This document shows positions 22,167-33,128 of a DNA stretch of 64,000 nucleotides, one piece after another. Location: IMG/VR virus record IMGVR_UViG_3300038415_000126, positions 34,514 through 98,513 of that record; one strand, given 5' to 3'. The translations under genes were made by a program, and so were the position numbers. Numbering within the stretch: the first letter of the stretch is position 1; each line of letters starts with the position of its first letter. Source of the DNA: a virus. The notes beneath the pieces were generated by a model. The model had not been told where the DNA came from and did not search any database. It was given only the letters and a program-made list of their open reading frames with translations.

Positions 22167-22610
22167 ACTCAAACGGACCACGCTGGACCACGGTTGCCTA
22201 CCCCGCAAATACCAAACCCACCCGGTCCGAAATTCTAAAATAACCAATCATTCACAATTAACCCACAATTCAATGCGCTTCCGCGCGCTGATATGTTGTG
22301 TGTTTCCATACTCCAATCGAACCAGCACACACTTTCACTGCAGTTCACCGTGTGTTTCGTGTGGCCTGCTTAGATTCACAGTAAAACACACAACGAATGA
22401 CATCGCGCCTCCGGCGCCCTGTGTTTCACTGTGAAAAGTATCATGGTAGGATACACGCACCTGAACGAGGCGCGAAGCGACAGGTTGGGGTGGGTGGGTT
22501 CATGGATAACCCTGAATGGCTCCCTCGACGTTCTAGTATGTAGGCAGAGGAGCGGTTCAGAGCTATAGGTCTGAGAGGGGTAGATGCGCACATGATGGTT
22601 AGAGGATGCG

Positions 22611-22630
22611 TTCGTAGCTATAGCTACGAA
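22611..22630. repeat. Perfect 20-bp palindrome TTCGTAGCTATAGCTACGAA
   Basis: Read directly; near copies at 30521-30542 and 30575-30596. Confidence 0.9.
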
Positions 22631-22725
22631 GCTAGTGCTTGCACACATGGTGAGCTAAAGTATCGTTGAAACCTGTATACAAGTATGAACCGATACTATG
22701 CTTACACGTAGAAAGTATAAAGTTG

Positions 22726-22755
22726 GTTGAGTTCTTGGGTGGCCTACGCGTAATA
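22726..22755 (+). promoter_or_regulatory. Class I promoter-like motif
   Basis: GTTGAG-N15-CGCGTAATA; ATG 22763 lies 7 nt downstream. Confidence 0.8.
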
Positions 22756-22762
22756 GTAGGGT

Positions 22763-23089
22763 ATGGCAACCCCAAAGATAAACTTAGTCTCCGAAGTAGT
22801 AGTTCGACGCAGGGATGGGAAGCTCTACCTGATGAATACTCGGGCTACTGGGTGGCAGTTTAGCTCTATCCCCATAAACAGTGAGAAGATCCTGCTGAGG
22901 GTCTTTAACGTTCAACTGGGGGAGTGGACTCGTGACGAATACTCGGAGTACTGTCCGGTGCACAGTCTACCACGCTCGGAGTTACCGACACTCCATGACG
23001 ATGAGAAGCCAGCCTCAGAGATGAAAGTGCTTTGGGAGATCGCGGATGTTGGGGCTGAGTACAGTCATGGGTTCCGAAGGAAGCCATGA
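22763..23089 (+). CDS. Hypothetical protein, paralog of the N-terminus of 23196-23879
   Basis: Shared LYLMN...GW...NV.LG.WTRDEYSEYCPV. Confidence 0.8.
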   Translation: MATPKINLVSEVVVRRRDGKLYLMNTRATGWQFSSIPINSEKILLRVFNVQLGEWTRDEYSEYCPVHSLPRSELPTLHDDEKPASEMKVLWEIADVGAEYSHGFRRKP

Positions 23090-23195
23090 GGGTCAGTACC
23101 GTACTCAAGTAAAACTTGTTCAGTAGAGGGTTAATCCACTAGGGGTGAAACTCAAAACTTGTTCAGCAGTACGATAATCCAATGAGGGTGAAGAC

Positions 23196-23879
23196 ATGGC
23201 AAAGCAAAACTTGTTCAGCAATACAGTAATCCGTCGGGACGGTACCGGTGGGGACCTATACCTGATGAACCGGTTGGAGGGTGGTTGGCGCTCTCTAGCT
23301 GTCCCGGTGGCGAGTGAGGAGGCGCTCTTGGCCAAGTACAATGTACGGCTGGGGGCATGGACCCGAGACGAGTACTCGGAGTACTGTCCTGTGCTCTGCC
23401 TGGGGAGAGAAGAGCTGAGCACCATTCCCCCGCCAGCCCCTGACATGAAGCCGGTGGTCATTGTTGACGGGCTCAACGTGCTCAAGGGTTACAGCCTCAT
23501 GGGTGATGGGGTGATCTCAGAGAATGAGGCGTTCGAAGCCATCGTGCGGACCAATGCCGGCCCAACTCTCATGGACGACAGCTACAAGTCTGGCCCGGTC
23601 CTAGTCGATGACGGGACCACCAAGAAGGTACATGACCTGTTGGACGCGCATCCGGAGCTGGTTGAGATAGGATCTGGAGGGCAGCCGTTCATGGTCGGTG
23701 ACGGTATCACCCATGAGACCGTACGTGAGCTGGCCCGTGGTAGGGCTGGGTACAGCTCTGCTCTTGGCCCTAGCACGCTACCGGTTGACCCCTATGAAGT
23801 GCTTCTTGAGGAGGGTCTGCGAAAGGTTATCCAGCTCCATGAGCTCGTTGACACAGCTGAACGTGAGAAGAAGCCGTGA
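23196..23879 (+). CDS. Hypothetical protein (WTRDEYSEYCPV domain plus extension)
   Basis: Paralogy with 22763-23089. Confidence 0.8.
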   Translation: MAKQNLFSNTVIRRDGTGGDLYLMNRLEGGWRSLAVPVASEEALLAKYNVRLGAWTRDEYSEYCPVLCLGREELSTIPPPAPDMKPVVIVDGLNVLKGYSLMGDGVISENEAFEAIVRTNAGPTLMDDSYKSGPVLVDDGTTKKVHDLLDAHPELVEIGSGGQPFMVGDGITHETVRELARGRAGYSSALGPSTLPVDPYEVLLEEGLRKVIQLHELVDTAEREKKP

Positions 23880-24781
23880 CGTTCAAGGACGAATCAGACC
23901 TCATCGACCCTCGTGGGCAGGTACCGGTGGACGACCAAAGCGAGGTCGAAGAAGAGGCGGAAGAAGACCAATCACTCATTCCAACACTCCCATGCCCTGC
24001 TGGGGACCCAACACGACCCACACTACCTAGCATTGAAGTCAGCACAACACGGCAGAACAAGACTGCGCTAACCAATGAGATTGTAAGACTTCAACAGGTG
24101 TTAGTACACGGCTATCAGAACAAGGCGGCTTCAAAAGAACGTATGAATATATGGGTAAACCTAGGGATCTGTAAGTCCCTACTCAAGAACCTGAAACAAA
24201 TGGAAAGCCGAAGAAAACCACGTCAGTGAGGATGTCATGAAGTTCGTCATCGCTCATCGGGAGGTGTCAGGTGTCTACCTCTGCTACCAAGAGGGTCTCA
24301 ACCCGTACTGGGGACCGCGCGAGCTGGCGCGGGAGTACTCAGCTGAGGCGATTGCCGAGCTCACCAAGGTCTTCCCTCAGTGGAAGTACCTTCTTGGGGT
24401 CAGCCATGAGGAGGCTTCGATTCAGGTGGACCAGAGCCCCGATACGGTCCCTCCCAAGGGTGGCTGCAGGCTTTGAAGGGTTTGAAGAACACAGAGCCCT
24501 ATGGTAAGTGAGCGTAATCACTAACTTCAGCAGGCTTTAGCTTGCAATGGGTGCAGGCTTTGGCTATGCTGGTTCTTGCGGGCTGGCCCTCTTGTTTCTT
24601 CTGCCGATTCTGCTATCCCCACTTTCATCGTCGCGGAGGGTCAGCCCGTACTACAATAGAGAGTGGGACTGAGATGGCAATGGATGCCACCATTGCGATG
24701 AGGGCTGCCTTCCGGTTACCGCCCATGAGGTAGCTGATGACCATGGATGTGAGTCCGAAGAGGAGGGCTTTGGTGACCATG

Positions 24782-24991
24782 CTAGAGCTTGATTCCAAGT
24801 AGGGGGTCAAACTTGTACCCTTGGGCTTCTTCCGGGTTGGGACTGGGTGTCACTGGCGCCCCAAGATTGCCCAAACACCCCTGCTCAACGAGCTTTGAGA
24901 CCGAAACAAAGGGGTGCTTACTCTTTTGGTCAATGATCCAAGCTTTGAGTTGCGGGGTCAATGTAACGCAAATAGTAGGAACTTTTGCCAT
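24782..24991 (-). CDS. Small RHH-like regulator
   Basis: TICVTLTPQLKAWI...SVSKLVEQG; upstream TTGACT-N17-TAAAGT overlapped by inverted GTACGGTA/TACCGTAC. Confidence 0.6.
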   Translation of the reverse strand: MAKVPTICVTLTPQLKAWIIDQKSKHPFVSVSKLVEQGCLGNLGAPVTPSPNPEEAQGYKFDPLLGIKL

Positions 24992-25939
24992 TGTACGGTA
25001 TCAACGTACTACTTTAGTACCGTACTAAGGTAAAGTCAAGTTCATGGGGTGACCACGTTACCCGCCCATGGACGTCACATCATAGGTGCGCCATCGCCGG
25101 AGGATGTCCTGGTGGTCAGGTCCGTCTATCTCGTCGCTTGGTTGGTCTGCCACGGTAGCCTGGCTGCTCAAGAGGAGCTGGACCACGGAGGTCAGCTCGA
25201 TGGGTAGCAGGGGCTTATTGGCGGCGGCCATGGGCGCCCCAACCCTCACGGTCGTATGGGCGCTCTTCGCTAGGCCCATCACCTCTACGACGTAAGTGTA
25301 GCAGCCCATGGTAGGGTCTTCCTCGAACTCGGTTATGACCCGGGCGCGCAAGTAGCCTGTGACATCAAGTCGAGTGATCATCCTGTGTGCTTTCTGTGAG
25401 TGAGGAAGGCAAGGAACACTAGGGCTGCCAATAACCCAATACTACCGCTCCCGATGATGTACCACGGGTATGGGACATCGGTCACGATGACCTGGGTCAC
25501 ATGCTGAATCGAACCATCGGATCGTACCCGATAGATGCCCGGCTCAAGCTTGCACGTGCAGTCGTTCATCTCGTGTTGTTATCCCCCGAGTAGACTCGGT
25601 AGCCTAGGGCCTTGAGGGCTCCCGTCACGGTAGCGATGTCATGCGCGTGTTGGCGCGGCCCTCGGGGGATCAGTGTCGGGACGTAGTCGTACTCCTTGCA
25701 AGCATTGACCAACTGTTCGAACGTGGTGAAGGCGGTCACGCGCGAGGTAGCCGCATCGAGGGTGACGGTATCAGTGGCCATGACCGTCCATGTCCTGGAG
25801 GGTGTCGAGGACCAGCTCTTGGATGCCCTTCAGAGCGCCCTCCTCGGTCTTGTCGAGCCAGCTCAGGCTGGGGAACTTGAGGTAGGTCCCAACGAACGCC
25901 TGGTCCTCCTCAGACCATTCAACGCGGTAGTATCGAGTG

Positions 25940-26199
25940 TCAGCTTCCATCGAACTTCTTTCCCTCAAGGAGGGTGATCTGCTTCTTCAAGGATCTGATC
26001 TTGGCCGCTCTCATGACTTCAGCTCTCCCTAGGGCCTCTTCCTTGGTGTCCCACCAGTCTCCCTTGTGGAAGTAGGCGCGGTTGTCATTGTCCACGGCTG
26101 AACCAGCACTGAACCCATCCAACACCCTGACCTCGGTCTCGTACACCCCTTGGTGAGAGCGTACTTGGTGATCCATACTCGACGAATCTCAGTTGCCAC
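25940..26199 (-). pseudogene. Phage hypothetical protein with 1-nt frameshift
   Basis: VWITKYALTKG continues as GVYETEV...KIRSLKKQI in another frame; break at C4 run 26146-26149. Confidence 0.65.
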
Positions 26200-26375
26200 T
26201 ATTCGACTCCGTATTCGGTAGGATCCTCGCCCCGGTACCACTCATCGAAGGTCATACCCTCACGGTTCAAGGCCGGTTGAGCCCGACGCTTCTCAGAGAG
26301 GTTGAAATTGAACAGCTCCGAGAGAGTCATCGTGCTCAAGTCGGGGTCACCATGAGTGGTACTGCTGGGGGTCAT
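26199..26375 (-). CDS. 58-aa leaderless protein absent from the ORF track
   Basis: MTPSSTTHGDPD...EYGVE*; ATG 6 nt after class I motif. Confidence 0.6.
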   Translation of the reverse strand: MTPSSTTHGDPDLSTMTLSELFNFNLSEKRRAQPALNREGMTFDEWYRGEDPTEYGVE

Positions 26376-26381
26376 GTCTAG

Positions 26382-26410
26382 TATTACGCTTCAGCCTTGG
26401 GTTTCTCAAC
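26382..26410 (-). promoter_or_regulatory. Class I promoter-like motif
   Basis: GTTGAG-N14-AGCGTAATA on minus strand. Confidence 0.7.
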
Positions 26411-28789
26411 CTCAGGCTTCTTCTTTTTAGCCTCCTCCCAGGGCATGACTGGGTAGCTGGCATCGCCCGTATCAACCCCTGCAATCCTCAAAGCATCAAG
26501 CATGCCTGCGAGAATTTCCTTGGCCTCCTGAGTGTATGCCGAATGGATGACTAGAGCATTCCGCACTGACTGTAGCTCTTGCTGGGAGAGGTTCAAGAAC
26601 GTCACCTCGAAACCCTCTTGTGACGTGTGAGAGACTCTGCAGGTGAGGTTGGTAGGCTCAGGCGTCTTCTTGGCAGCTACGGCCGTAGGCGTAGGGTTCT
26701 TCTTCTCAGAGACCGATGGGGGCTCGGGAACGAGCTTGCACCAACTCTCCAGGTTGGCCACGAAGGTGCACCACTCGTGGCTCATCTTCGGCCCCCAGGT
26801 TTCAGAGCTCTGGTCAAGGGTTCTGGCAATCTTGATCAGGGCAATGACCACTTCTAGTACGCCCTTCCGATCTACATCGCGCAAGTTCACATACTCAGGC
26901 GGGTCGCCCTGCTTTGGTGGCGACAGCTTCTCGGCCAGGTACTTGAGCTCGTTCTTCAGTTTCTTGAGGTATTTCACTTTGCGCCTTTCAAGCGGGTTAT
27001 GCGTTCTCCGGTTTTTACTAGTTGGTCTACTGGCAGGTACATCAAGTCGAAAGCTTGGTTCTCCAGGTCCTCGGGCGTCCCTAAAGCCCCAAAAATCAGG
27101 TGACTGATCTGAACGCAAACTGTGGCTTTAGCCTTGAGGTAAACCTCGGTCTCGGTAAGTGGTGGCTCAGCCATCTTCTGTGCTTGAGGAGCTGATTGTA
27201 CCCTGAAAACAAGTTTGGGGATACTCGGGTCGTTTGACTCATCAGCCACTTCTTTCAGCCTTGGTATAAGCAGGCTTGGATGCGCCCCCTCCCAGGCTAA
27301 GTCAGTTGTGTGCATCAATGCTTCCTTAGGATTAGGGCCCAAAAGATCGCAGTGGCCGAGAGAATGTACCACACGACATGGCTTGGAAAGACCTTCTCGG
27401 CCCGATAGGTCACCCCCGCCCCCATCTTGGTCGTGAGCCAGGAGAAGAACCCATCCGCATGTTGCCCCCACGTGTTCGCCCCATGGACGAGGAGCCCAAT
27501 GATGAGGAGTAGGCCCGCTAGGATGATGCAAAGTACTGTAATCATGGTTCTTTCACGTCCCGGATCTCGTAGTAGCTCCCACTCTCATGGTCGAACGAGG
27601 ATACTTCTTGCTTGATTGGGGTTTTCCATACATGAACGTCCGGCCCTAGGAGAACTCGGATGAAGGCTTCGACGGTACTGAGGGAGATTTTGTCTTGTTG
27701 TGGTCCGATGGGCTCAACCACTCGGACATGGGCGCGGCCCTCTGAGAGCTGACCATCGAAGGACATTCGGATGGTCTTGGGTAGCACGCCCTTGTGGTAG
27801 GTCACTCGCACATCAATCTGATTGAGCATAGGTCACCTCAGGAGCTCTGGTGGAACGTCTTCGCACGGTACTCGGAAGGCTGATCGCATCCAATAGCACA
27901 GGCAGATCTTTGGCGCGCGGGGGTCGCGCCGGTACATGGGCGTGTCCCATGACTCTTGGGACCGTTGACTAATGCTCACTAGGAGGATGAAGAGCCCTAC
28001 AGCGACTGTAAGGCCAATCAGCAAGAACAGGATGATCTTGCTTGCCTTGCTGTGCTCTGGCTTAAGGTTTGGGTCTATTGTCATCGTCGACCACACCACT
28101 CGGTCACTGAGCACCATAAGGTGCAACCAACAAGGACCGTGACCCATACCGAGGCGCAGCCCCAATCATATATCGCACGCACTAGAGCCATTCCCCTAAT
28201 TCCTTGTCGAAGTACTTGCGGGTGACCGGGCATACCTTTGACACTAGCTGGCGCACCTTCCCCGGGTCAATCTTATTCAGCGATTCCAGCCCAATAACCA
28301 ACGCTGCCTTCGTCACCCGCCGGTGAGACACCTCCCCGCCTATCGCCTGCCACACCCGATCAACCCCCTCTAACAACCCCTGGGTCGAAGAACACTCAAG
28401 GACCAGCTCCGCCTTGATCCGCCTCTTGTGCGACCGTACCCCCACAGGTGGCTTCTCCCGATAAGGAGCCGCTCCCTCAACCATACTCAAAGCAACCCCC
28501 CGAGGCTTCCCCAAGAGGAGTTTAATCCCCAGTAGTATCGCAGTCTTCGCCACCCTGTGTTTCGTGATGGTACACTTGATCCGACCGTCAGCAACGCCCT
28601 TGGAGGCTTCATAAAGTGAGGTCAGGATCTCAACACTCTCGATGGAATTGCTCAAATCTAGCACGGTGTTCCGGTGAGTTGACAAGATAACATGTTCTCT
28701 TGGGTAGCAGTTACTTAACAAATACAACCACTTAGCATAGGTTTGACCCCACCTCAAGAGGCCTGTTTGCCGATATAACTGAACGCACG

Positions 28790-28834
28790 TGATGCTACAT
28801 GGCTTGCCCACCCGTGGCAAGCCATGTAGCATCA
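28790..28834. repeat. Perfect 19-bp inverted repeat with 7-nt loop
   Basis: TGATGCTACATGGCTTGCC / GGCAAGCCATGTAGCATCA; no 3-prime U tract on either strand. Confidence 0.9.
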
Positions 28835-28994
28835 AAAAGAACGTCGATTAACATAGGGTTATCTAGTTTAGCACCAGACACGCGTCCCTAATGTCCCACA
28901 AGTCCAGTTCAGTCTTATGGCCTATACTGACGCACGGGAGCAGTTACACAGGTTCAAATAGTATCGAGGTCCCTCTTGGTGTACCCTGGATAGT

Positions 28995-29783
28995 ATGACT
29001 ATGAGTCGCAAGATGTTCATCTATCGGGCCAACCGGATACATGGCTCAAGGTATGATTACACCCAGGTCCCAGAGAGGGTCGGCTCGCGAGTAGTCATTA
29101 TATGCAGGGAGCATGGTGGGTTCGAGCGAGGGGTCAAGGAGCACTTCCAGAGGAGAGGATGCCCCGTCTGTGACGCCCGAGATAAGCACAAGTGGGTATT
29201 GTATAAATTTGTGCATGAGGCCCGCAAGGTGCACAAGGATCTCTATAGCTACCCGAGGGTAGGTGAGGCTCAGTTTCCAATGGTGGTGGTCACCTGCAGG
29301 GAGCATGGGGACTTCGAGCAGAGCAAGTACAGCCACCTGAGGGGTAGTGGATGCCCCATCTGTCACCCGCCCTTCTATCGCCAGTCGAGAGTTGCTAACC
29401 GCTGGCTCGACTCCATTGGTCTGCCCAATGACACGAAGCACAGAGAGGTCAAGGGGCTCATTCCTGGTAAGCAGTTCATAGTCGATGGCTTCGATCCGGA
29501 CACCAACACGGTCTATGAGTTCTATGGGGACGCTTACCACGGTAACCCTCGACTCTATGACCCTGGATGCCACAACCCATTGACTGGAACGACCTACGGG
29601 CAACTGAACCAAGAGCGGATTGACAGGGAGCAGCTCCTGCAAGAAGCAGGTTTCAACCTCGTGACCATGTGGGAGTTTGACTTCAAGAACCCACTGGGTG
29701 TTCCGCCTAAGACGCCCGCAACCGCTACCGAGGAAGCACTGAACGAGTTTATCTCGGAGAACGGCCTGGGTGGAAGCCGCTGA
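28995..29783 (+). CDS. Homing-endonuclease-like protein: two DUF723-like Cys/His repeats plus PD-(D/E)XK/Vsr-like nuclease
   Basis: CREHG.F...H...GCP.C twice; VDGFD..TNTVYEFYGDAYHG...MWE. Confidence 0.8.
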   Translation: MTMSRKMFIYRANRIHGSRYDYTQVPERVGSRVVIICREHGGFERGVKEHFQRRGCPVCDARDKHKWVLYKFVHEARKVHKDLYSYPRVGEAQFPMVVVTCREHGDFEQSKYSHLRGSGCPICHPPFYRQSRVANRWLDSIGLPNDTKHREVKGLIPGKQFIVDGFDPDTNTVYEFYGDAYHGNPRLYDPGCHNPLTGTTYGQLNQERIDREQLLQEAGFNLVTMWEFDFKNPLGVPPKTPATATEEALNEFISENGLGGSR

Positions 29784-30078
29784 CTTGTGATACTCTTGGG
29801 AGCATGCTCATACTCGAAACCTACAACTTCCGTCTCGTGCAGGATGGTCCGCGGTCGTATCACTCGGAGCATTGGGAGCATCAGCGTTGGTGGAGGAGCG
29901 GGGTTACCGAGCTGCTTGATACCTATCCTGGGACAGTGGAGCAGGCGATGACAGAGGACTGGGAGGCCATCACGAACCCGAAGGTGGAGACTGTAGAGGA
30001 GCTGAGGGCTAGGTTCGAGGCTGAGTTTGGTGGCGAGGATTGGTTCCCTGGGGTGCTCTGAGGGTGTAGAGTACCTGC

Positions 30079-30483
30079 ATGCCAAGTCAGGTACTCTACA
30101 CGCACTCATTGGATGGGACGCGCTATCAGGTTGAGTCAGAGGCGGGGCGTCAGTACACTGCGTATCTCTTCAATAGCCAACAAGAGGACAACTACAGTGT
30201 TCTAGTACTAGTGAGGGCTAACACACTGGTTGTAGCCCACTGGTCTATATTCAGAAATCAGCATAGGACTGAAGAAGAGCGGTTGGAGTTCATCACTGGG
30301 ACAGTTGACATCATTGATCGTAGGGTTGAGGTCAACCCCGTTGACCCAGAGGAACCGACTGTTGTTCCGACTGTTGTCGAAGAGCCATATGCCGGCCCCC
30401 GCCCGACTCGCTATGAGAAGATCTTGAGCGAGCTACCGGGGTCGCCCGAGGACATCCTGGCCTCGATGGGCCTTCGTTTATAG
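30079..30483 (+). CDS. Hypothetical protein with variant tag EEPYAGPRPTRYEKIL
   Basis: Same EEPYxGPR linker as 20448 and 20760; GGTGTA 10 nt upstream. Confidence 0.75.
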   Translation: MPSQVLYTHSLDGTRYQVESEAGRQYTAYLFNSQQEDNYSVLVLVRANTLVVAHWSIFRNQHRTEEERLEFITGTVDIIDRRVEVNPVDPEEPTVVPTVVEEPYAGPRPTRYEKILSELPGSPEDILASMGLRL

Positions 30484-30631
30484 AACGCTTATACTGTATA
30501 AGCATGTGTGCTATGCCCACGTTCATAGCTATAGCTACGAACCTACGCTCCGCCCACATGTAGTTTTTTGACACGTTCGTAGCTATAGGCGCGAACCTCT
30601 CGCGAAACTACATTGTATCAGATACTTTGAA

Positions 30632-30660
30632 GTTGAGATCCGTCGAGCTGGCGCGTAATA
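30632..30660 (+). promoter_or_regulatory. Class I promoter-like motif not followed by ATG
   Basis: Identical over 34 nt to the copy at 38348. Confidence 0.8.
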
Positions 30661-30689
30661 CTAGGCGCATACTGATTCTCCAATCGGTT

Positions 30690-30732
30690 AGAACCAGCGG
30701 TAACTGTCCAAGGTGGCCGCTGGTTCTTTTTT
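30690..30732 (+). terminator. Intrinsic terminator
   Basis: AGAACCAGCGG/CCGCTGGTTCT stem followed by T tract. Confidence 0.8.
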
Positions 30733-30742
30733 CTTAAGGTAC

Positions 30743-30771
30743 TTGACCGCACACCCGCTCGAAGCTATCAT
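30743..30771 (+). promoter_or_regulatory. Sigma70-type promoter
   Basis: TTGACC-N17-TATCAT. Confidence 0.65.
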
Positions 30772-30776
30772 CCGAC

Positions 30777-31170
30777 CTGCATACGGTCACCCGCCACTCC
30801 TGAACAGTCCTAGTGACTTCCTTCCTGAGTGGGCCTGAGGAGCCCGAAGCAAAGACCAACGAACCTCACTCATCGAACAGGGTTAGTCCCTTCCTTCCTC
30901 TGAGTGGCAAGGCTCGAAGGCAGATGTAGATACCATAACCCAGCTTGGCCTCCGGCGGCCCTGCTAGGTTCTCAGTAAGCTGACGATCTCTGTCCCCTTG
31001 GAATCAGCCCATCCTTCCCCTTAGTGGGTAAACACAGGCCTTGAGAGACGCCCCGAGTCCGAAGCTGAACGAACCGCAGGCCTAGGTAGGATAAAAAGCG
31101 CAATTGCAGCCTGAATCCCGCACCTTCCATGGTGACGCTCGGAGACGGGCTAAAGGTGTATTTAGGCTAC
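30777..31170 (+). ncRNA. Candidate structured ncRNA (~400 nt)
   Basis: No ORF of 60 aa or more; own promoter; several stems; three CCTTCC..AGTGG modules. Confidence 0.45.
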
Positions 31171-31177
31171 TTAGTTA

Positions 31178-31206
31178 GTTGAGATCTGAGCTCCTCGCGC
31201 GTAATA
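31178..31206 (+). promoter_or_regulatory. Class I promoter-like motif
   Basis: Upstream of 31251 with a leader containing an SD-like AGGGGAG. Confidence 0.8.
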
Positions 31207-31800
31207 CTAGGCAAGGCTAGCAATAGCCCACCTCTTTAGGGGAGATCCAGATGAATTCTATACCACATCTACTCAAGTTGCATTGGATACAGGCTAAGAG
31301 CGAGGGGACGCCCGGGGTTACATCCTTCGCTTGCCAGGGGACATGGATCTACAAGATGGATCCGGCTAGCCCGAACATGTACTTCAGGATCCTCATGAAG
31401 GATGCCTTCCGGCCAGAGCCCCTTGATCTGTTCCGGATAGGTGCGACCCACTCCCTGCAGATCACCATGCCCATGCACTGGGAGCCTGTGGATGTATGCG
31501 GCAACCCACTCAGGCCTTCCCAAGCTTCGTGTACCCCCAAAACCCTAATACCACCGGCCATGGTCCCCCCATCAGCCCAGCCGCACAGTATTGATGAGCT
31601 GTTCAACCCGGCCGAACTTCTTAACCTGTAAACCATCAACCCACATAGGAACGCCCATGCTCAAACACTGGCTCAGCCAACTCCGGCTCATGCTTCGAAC
31701 CCTCTTCAACGGGCCCGCTACCTCACGTCGCTCTGTCGTGAGACGTGAGGCGGACGCCAAGGTCCAGACGCCCCTCTAAGACTGTTCGATTACCATGTAA

Positions 31801-31846
31801 GCCAGAGGGCGACACGGCTGTAGAAAGCCCTGTCGCCCTCTGGCTT
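31801..31846 (+). terminator. Strong hairpin, probable terminator
   Basis: GCCAGAGGGCGACA/TGTCGCCCTCTGGC 14-bp stem followed by a short TTT. Confidence 0.65.
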
Positions 31847-32314
31847 TGGCATACTTATTGACATGAGCTCATGTTCAACCCACACCTAACGCCCATTGTG
31901 TGTAGTACTACACGATTACTGTGTAATACACGGGCAATGTGTGTAGTGAATATGCGATATTGAGTATATTGTGGGATAACACACAGTCAACGTACGCGGA
32001 GCGGGTGTTATATGTGTGTTGTGAGTATGTGTGAAGGGTTGTTCATATTCGCTCGATTATCTTTTTCCGGCTAGCCGGAAGGGGTAAAGTGGCGTATTCA
32101 GGTAACGCGCGGAAGTTTCACCGTGGTACGGTATTCCAGGGTCAACTCAGGGCGCCTCCGGCGCGGTGAAAGACATGGAAACATAACGATCAGACCCCCA
32201 CCCCTATGAAAGGGGACCCATCGAGGGCGGGTGTCAGGTCAAAATTTGGCTATGGCGGCTAAATTTTCCTGAAATGAGGTAATTACCAGGGACTTACTAT
32301 GCTACCCCTAACAA

Positions 32315-33124
32315 ATGGTAACAATCCCTGATGGTACATCGACAAGACAGCTCCGACTTGAAGGGATGCGAGCACGGTACCCTGACGTGGAATGCCCTAG
32401 GTGTAGTTATCGTGTTCAGAACCTGATTCGACACTTCAAGCAGAGTCACCCATCACACTTGGAGGAGGTCTACGCTCTTTGCTCGGCCAATGATGACCCA
32501 CAGGTCCTAGCCTTGAACCATAGGGTGTTACAGGAGAGGGCGGAGGTACATCGGACGTGCAAGTGGGATCCCATCATGTGTGTTGTGTACTTCGTTCAAG
32601 CAGGGTTGGCTGGTAGACCAATCAAGATTGGGTATGCTCAGGAGATGTGTCGGAGGGTAGTCCATCTTCAGCTTGGGTGTCCAGAGCCACTGGAGGTGTT
32701 ATTGGCAGTCGGAGGGGGTAGGGAGCTTGAGCAAGAGCTGCACCAGAGGTTTGCCCACCTGAGGATTCATCAGGAGTGGTTCCGCGTCGACCTTGACCTG
32801 ATGACTTGCATTCACGAGATGAGCCAGAACAACCCAACAGTTCCGATCCGCAAGAAAGGGGCAATGAATGTCTGGCCAAGATGGAGAAAACCAAAGCTCA
32901 CGTACGAGGAGTGTCGAGAGGTAGCTCAGCGGCTTGGGGTGACTACGGCGGACCATTGGATAATCTTACATCGGGCCGGGGAATTACCCCACGGAGCGAC
33001 TTGGAATCTTCCTCGAACGTATCCGAACGAGTGGCGGGGTTGGTCGGAGTTTCTTCACGGCAAGTCAGTCTTGCGACCACCGGGGCTGATGGGGCTTGAC
33101 CGAATGTTGAAGCTCCACCGGTGA
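32315..33124 (+). CDS. C2H2-like finger, T5orf172/GIY-YIG domain and integrase-repeat-like unit
   Basis: CPRC...HFKQSH; VYFVQAG...IKIGY...EQELHQRF...EWF; TYEEC...YPNEWRGWSEFL. Confidence 0.8.
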   Translation: MVTIPDGTSTRQLRLEGMRARYPDVECPRCSYRVQNLIRHFKQSHPSHLEEVYALCSANDDPQVLALNHRVLQERAEVHRTCKWDPIMCVVYFVQAGLAGRPIKIGYAQEMCRRVVHLQLGCPEPLEVLLAVGGGRELEQELHQRFAHLRIHQEWFRVDLDLMTCIHEMSQNNPTVPIRKKGAMNVWPRWRKPKLTYEECREVAQRLGVTTADHWIILHRAGELPHGATWNLPRTYPNEWRGWSEFLHGKSVLRPPGLMGLDRMLKLHR

Positions 33125-33128
33125 CAGT

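Noticed and set aside
30834-30852. Hammerhead ribozyme (CTGAGGA...GAAG)
   Set aside because: No room for stem II and no GAAA core
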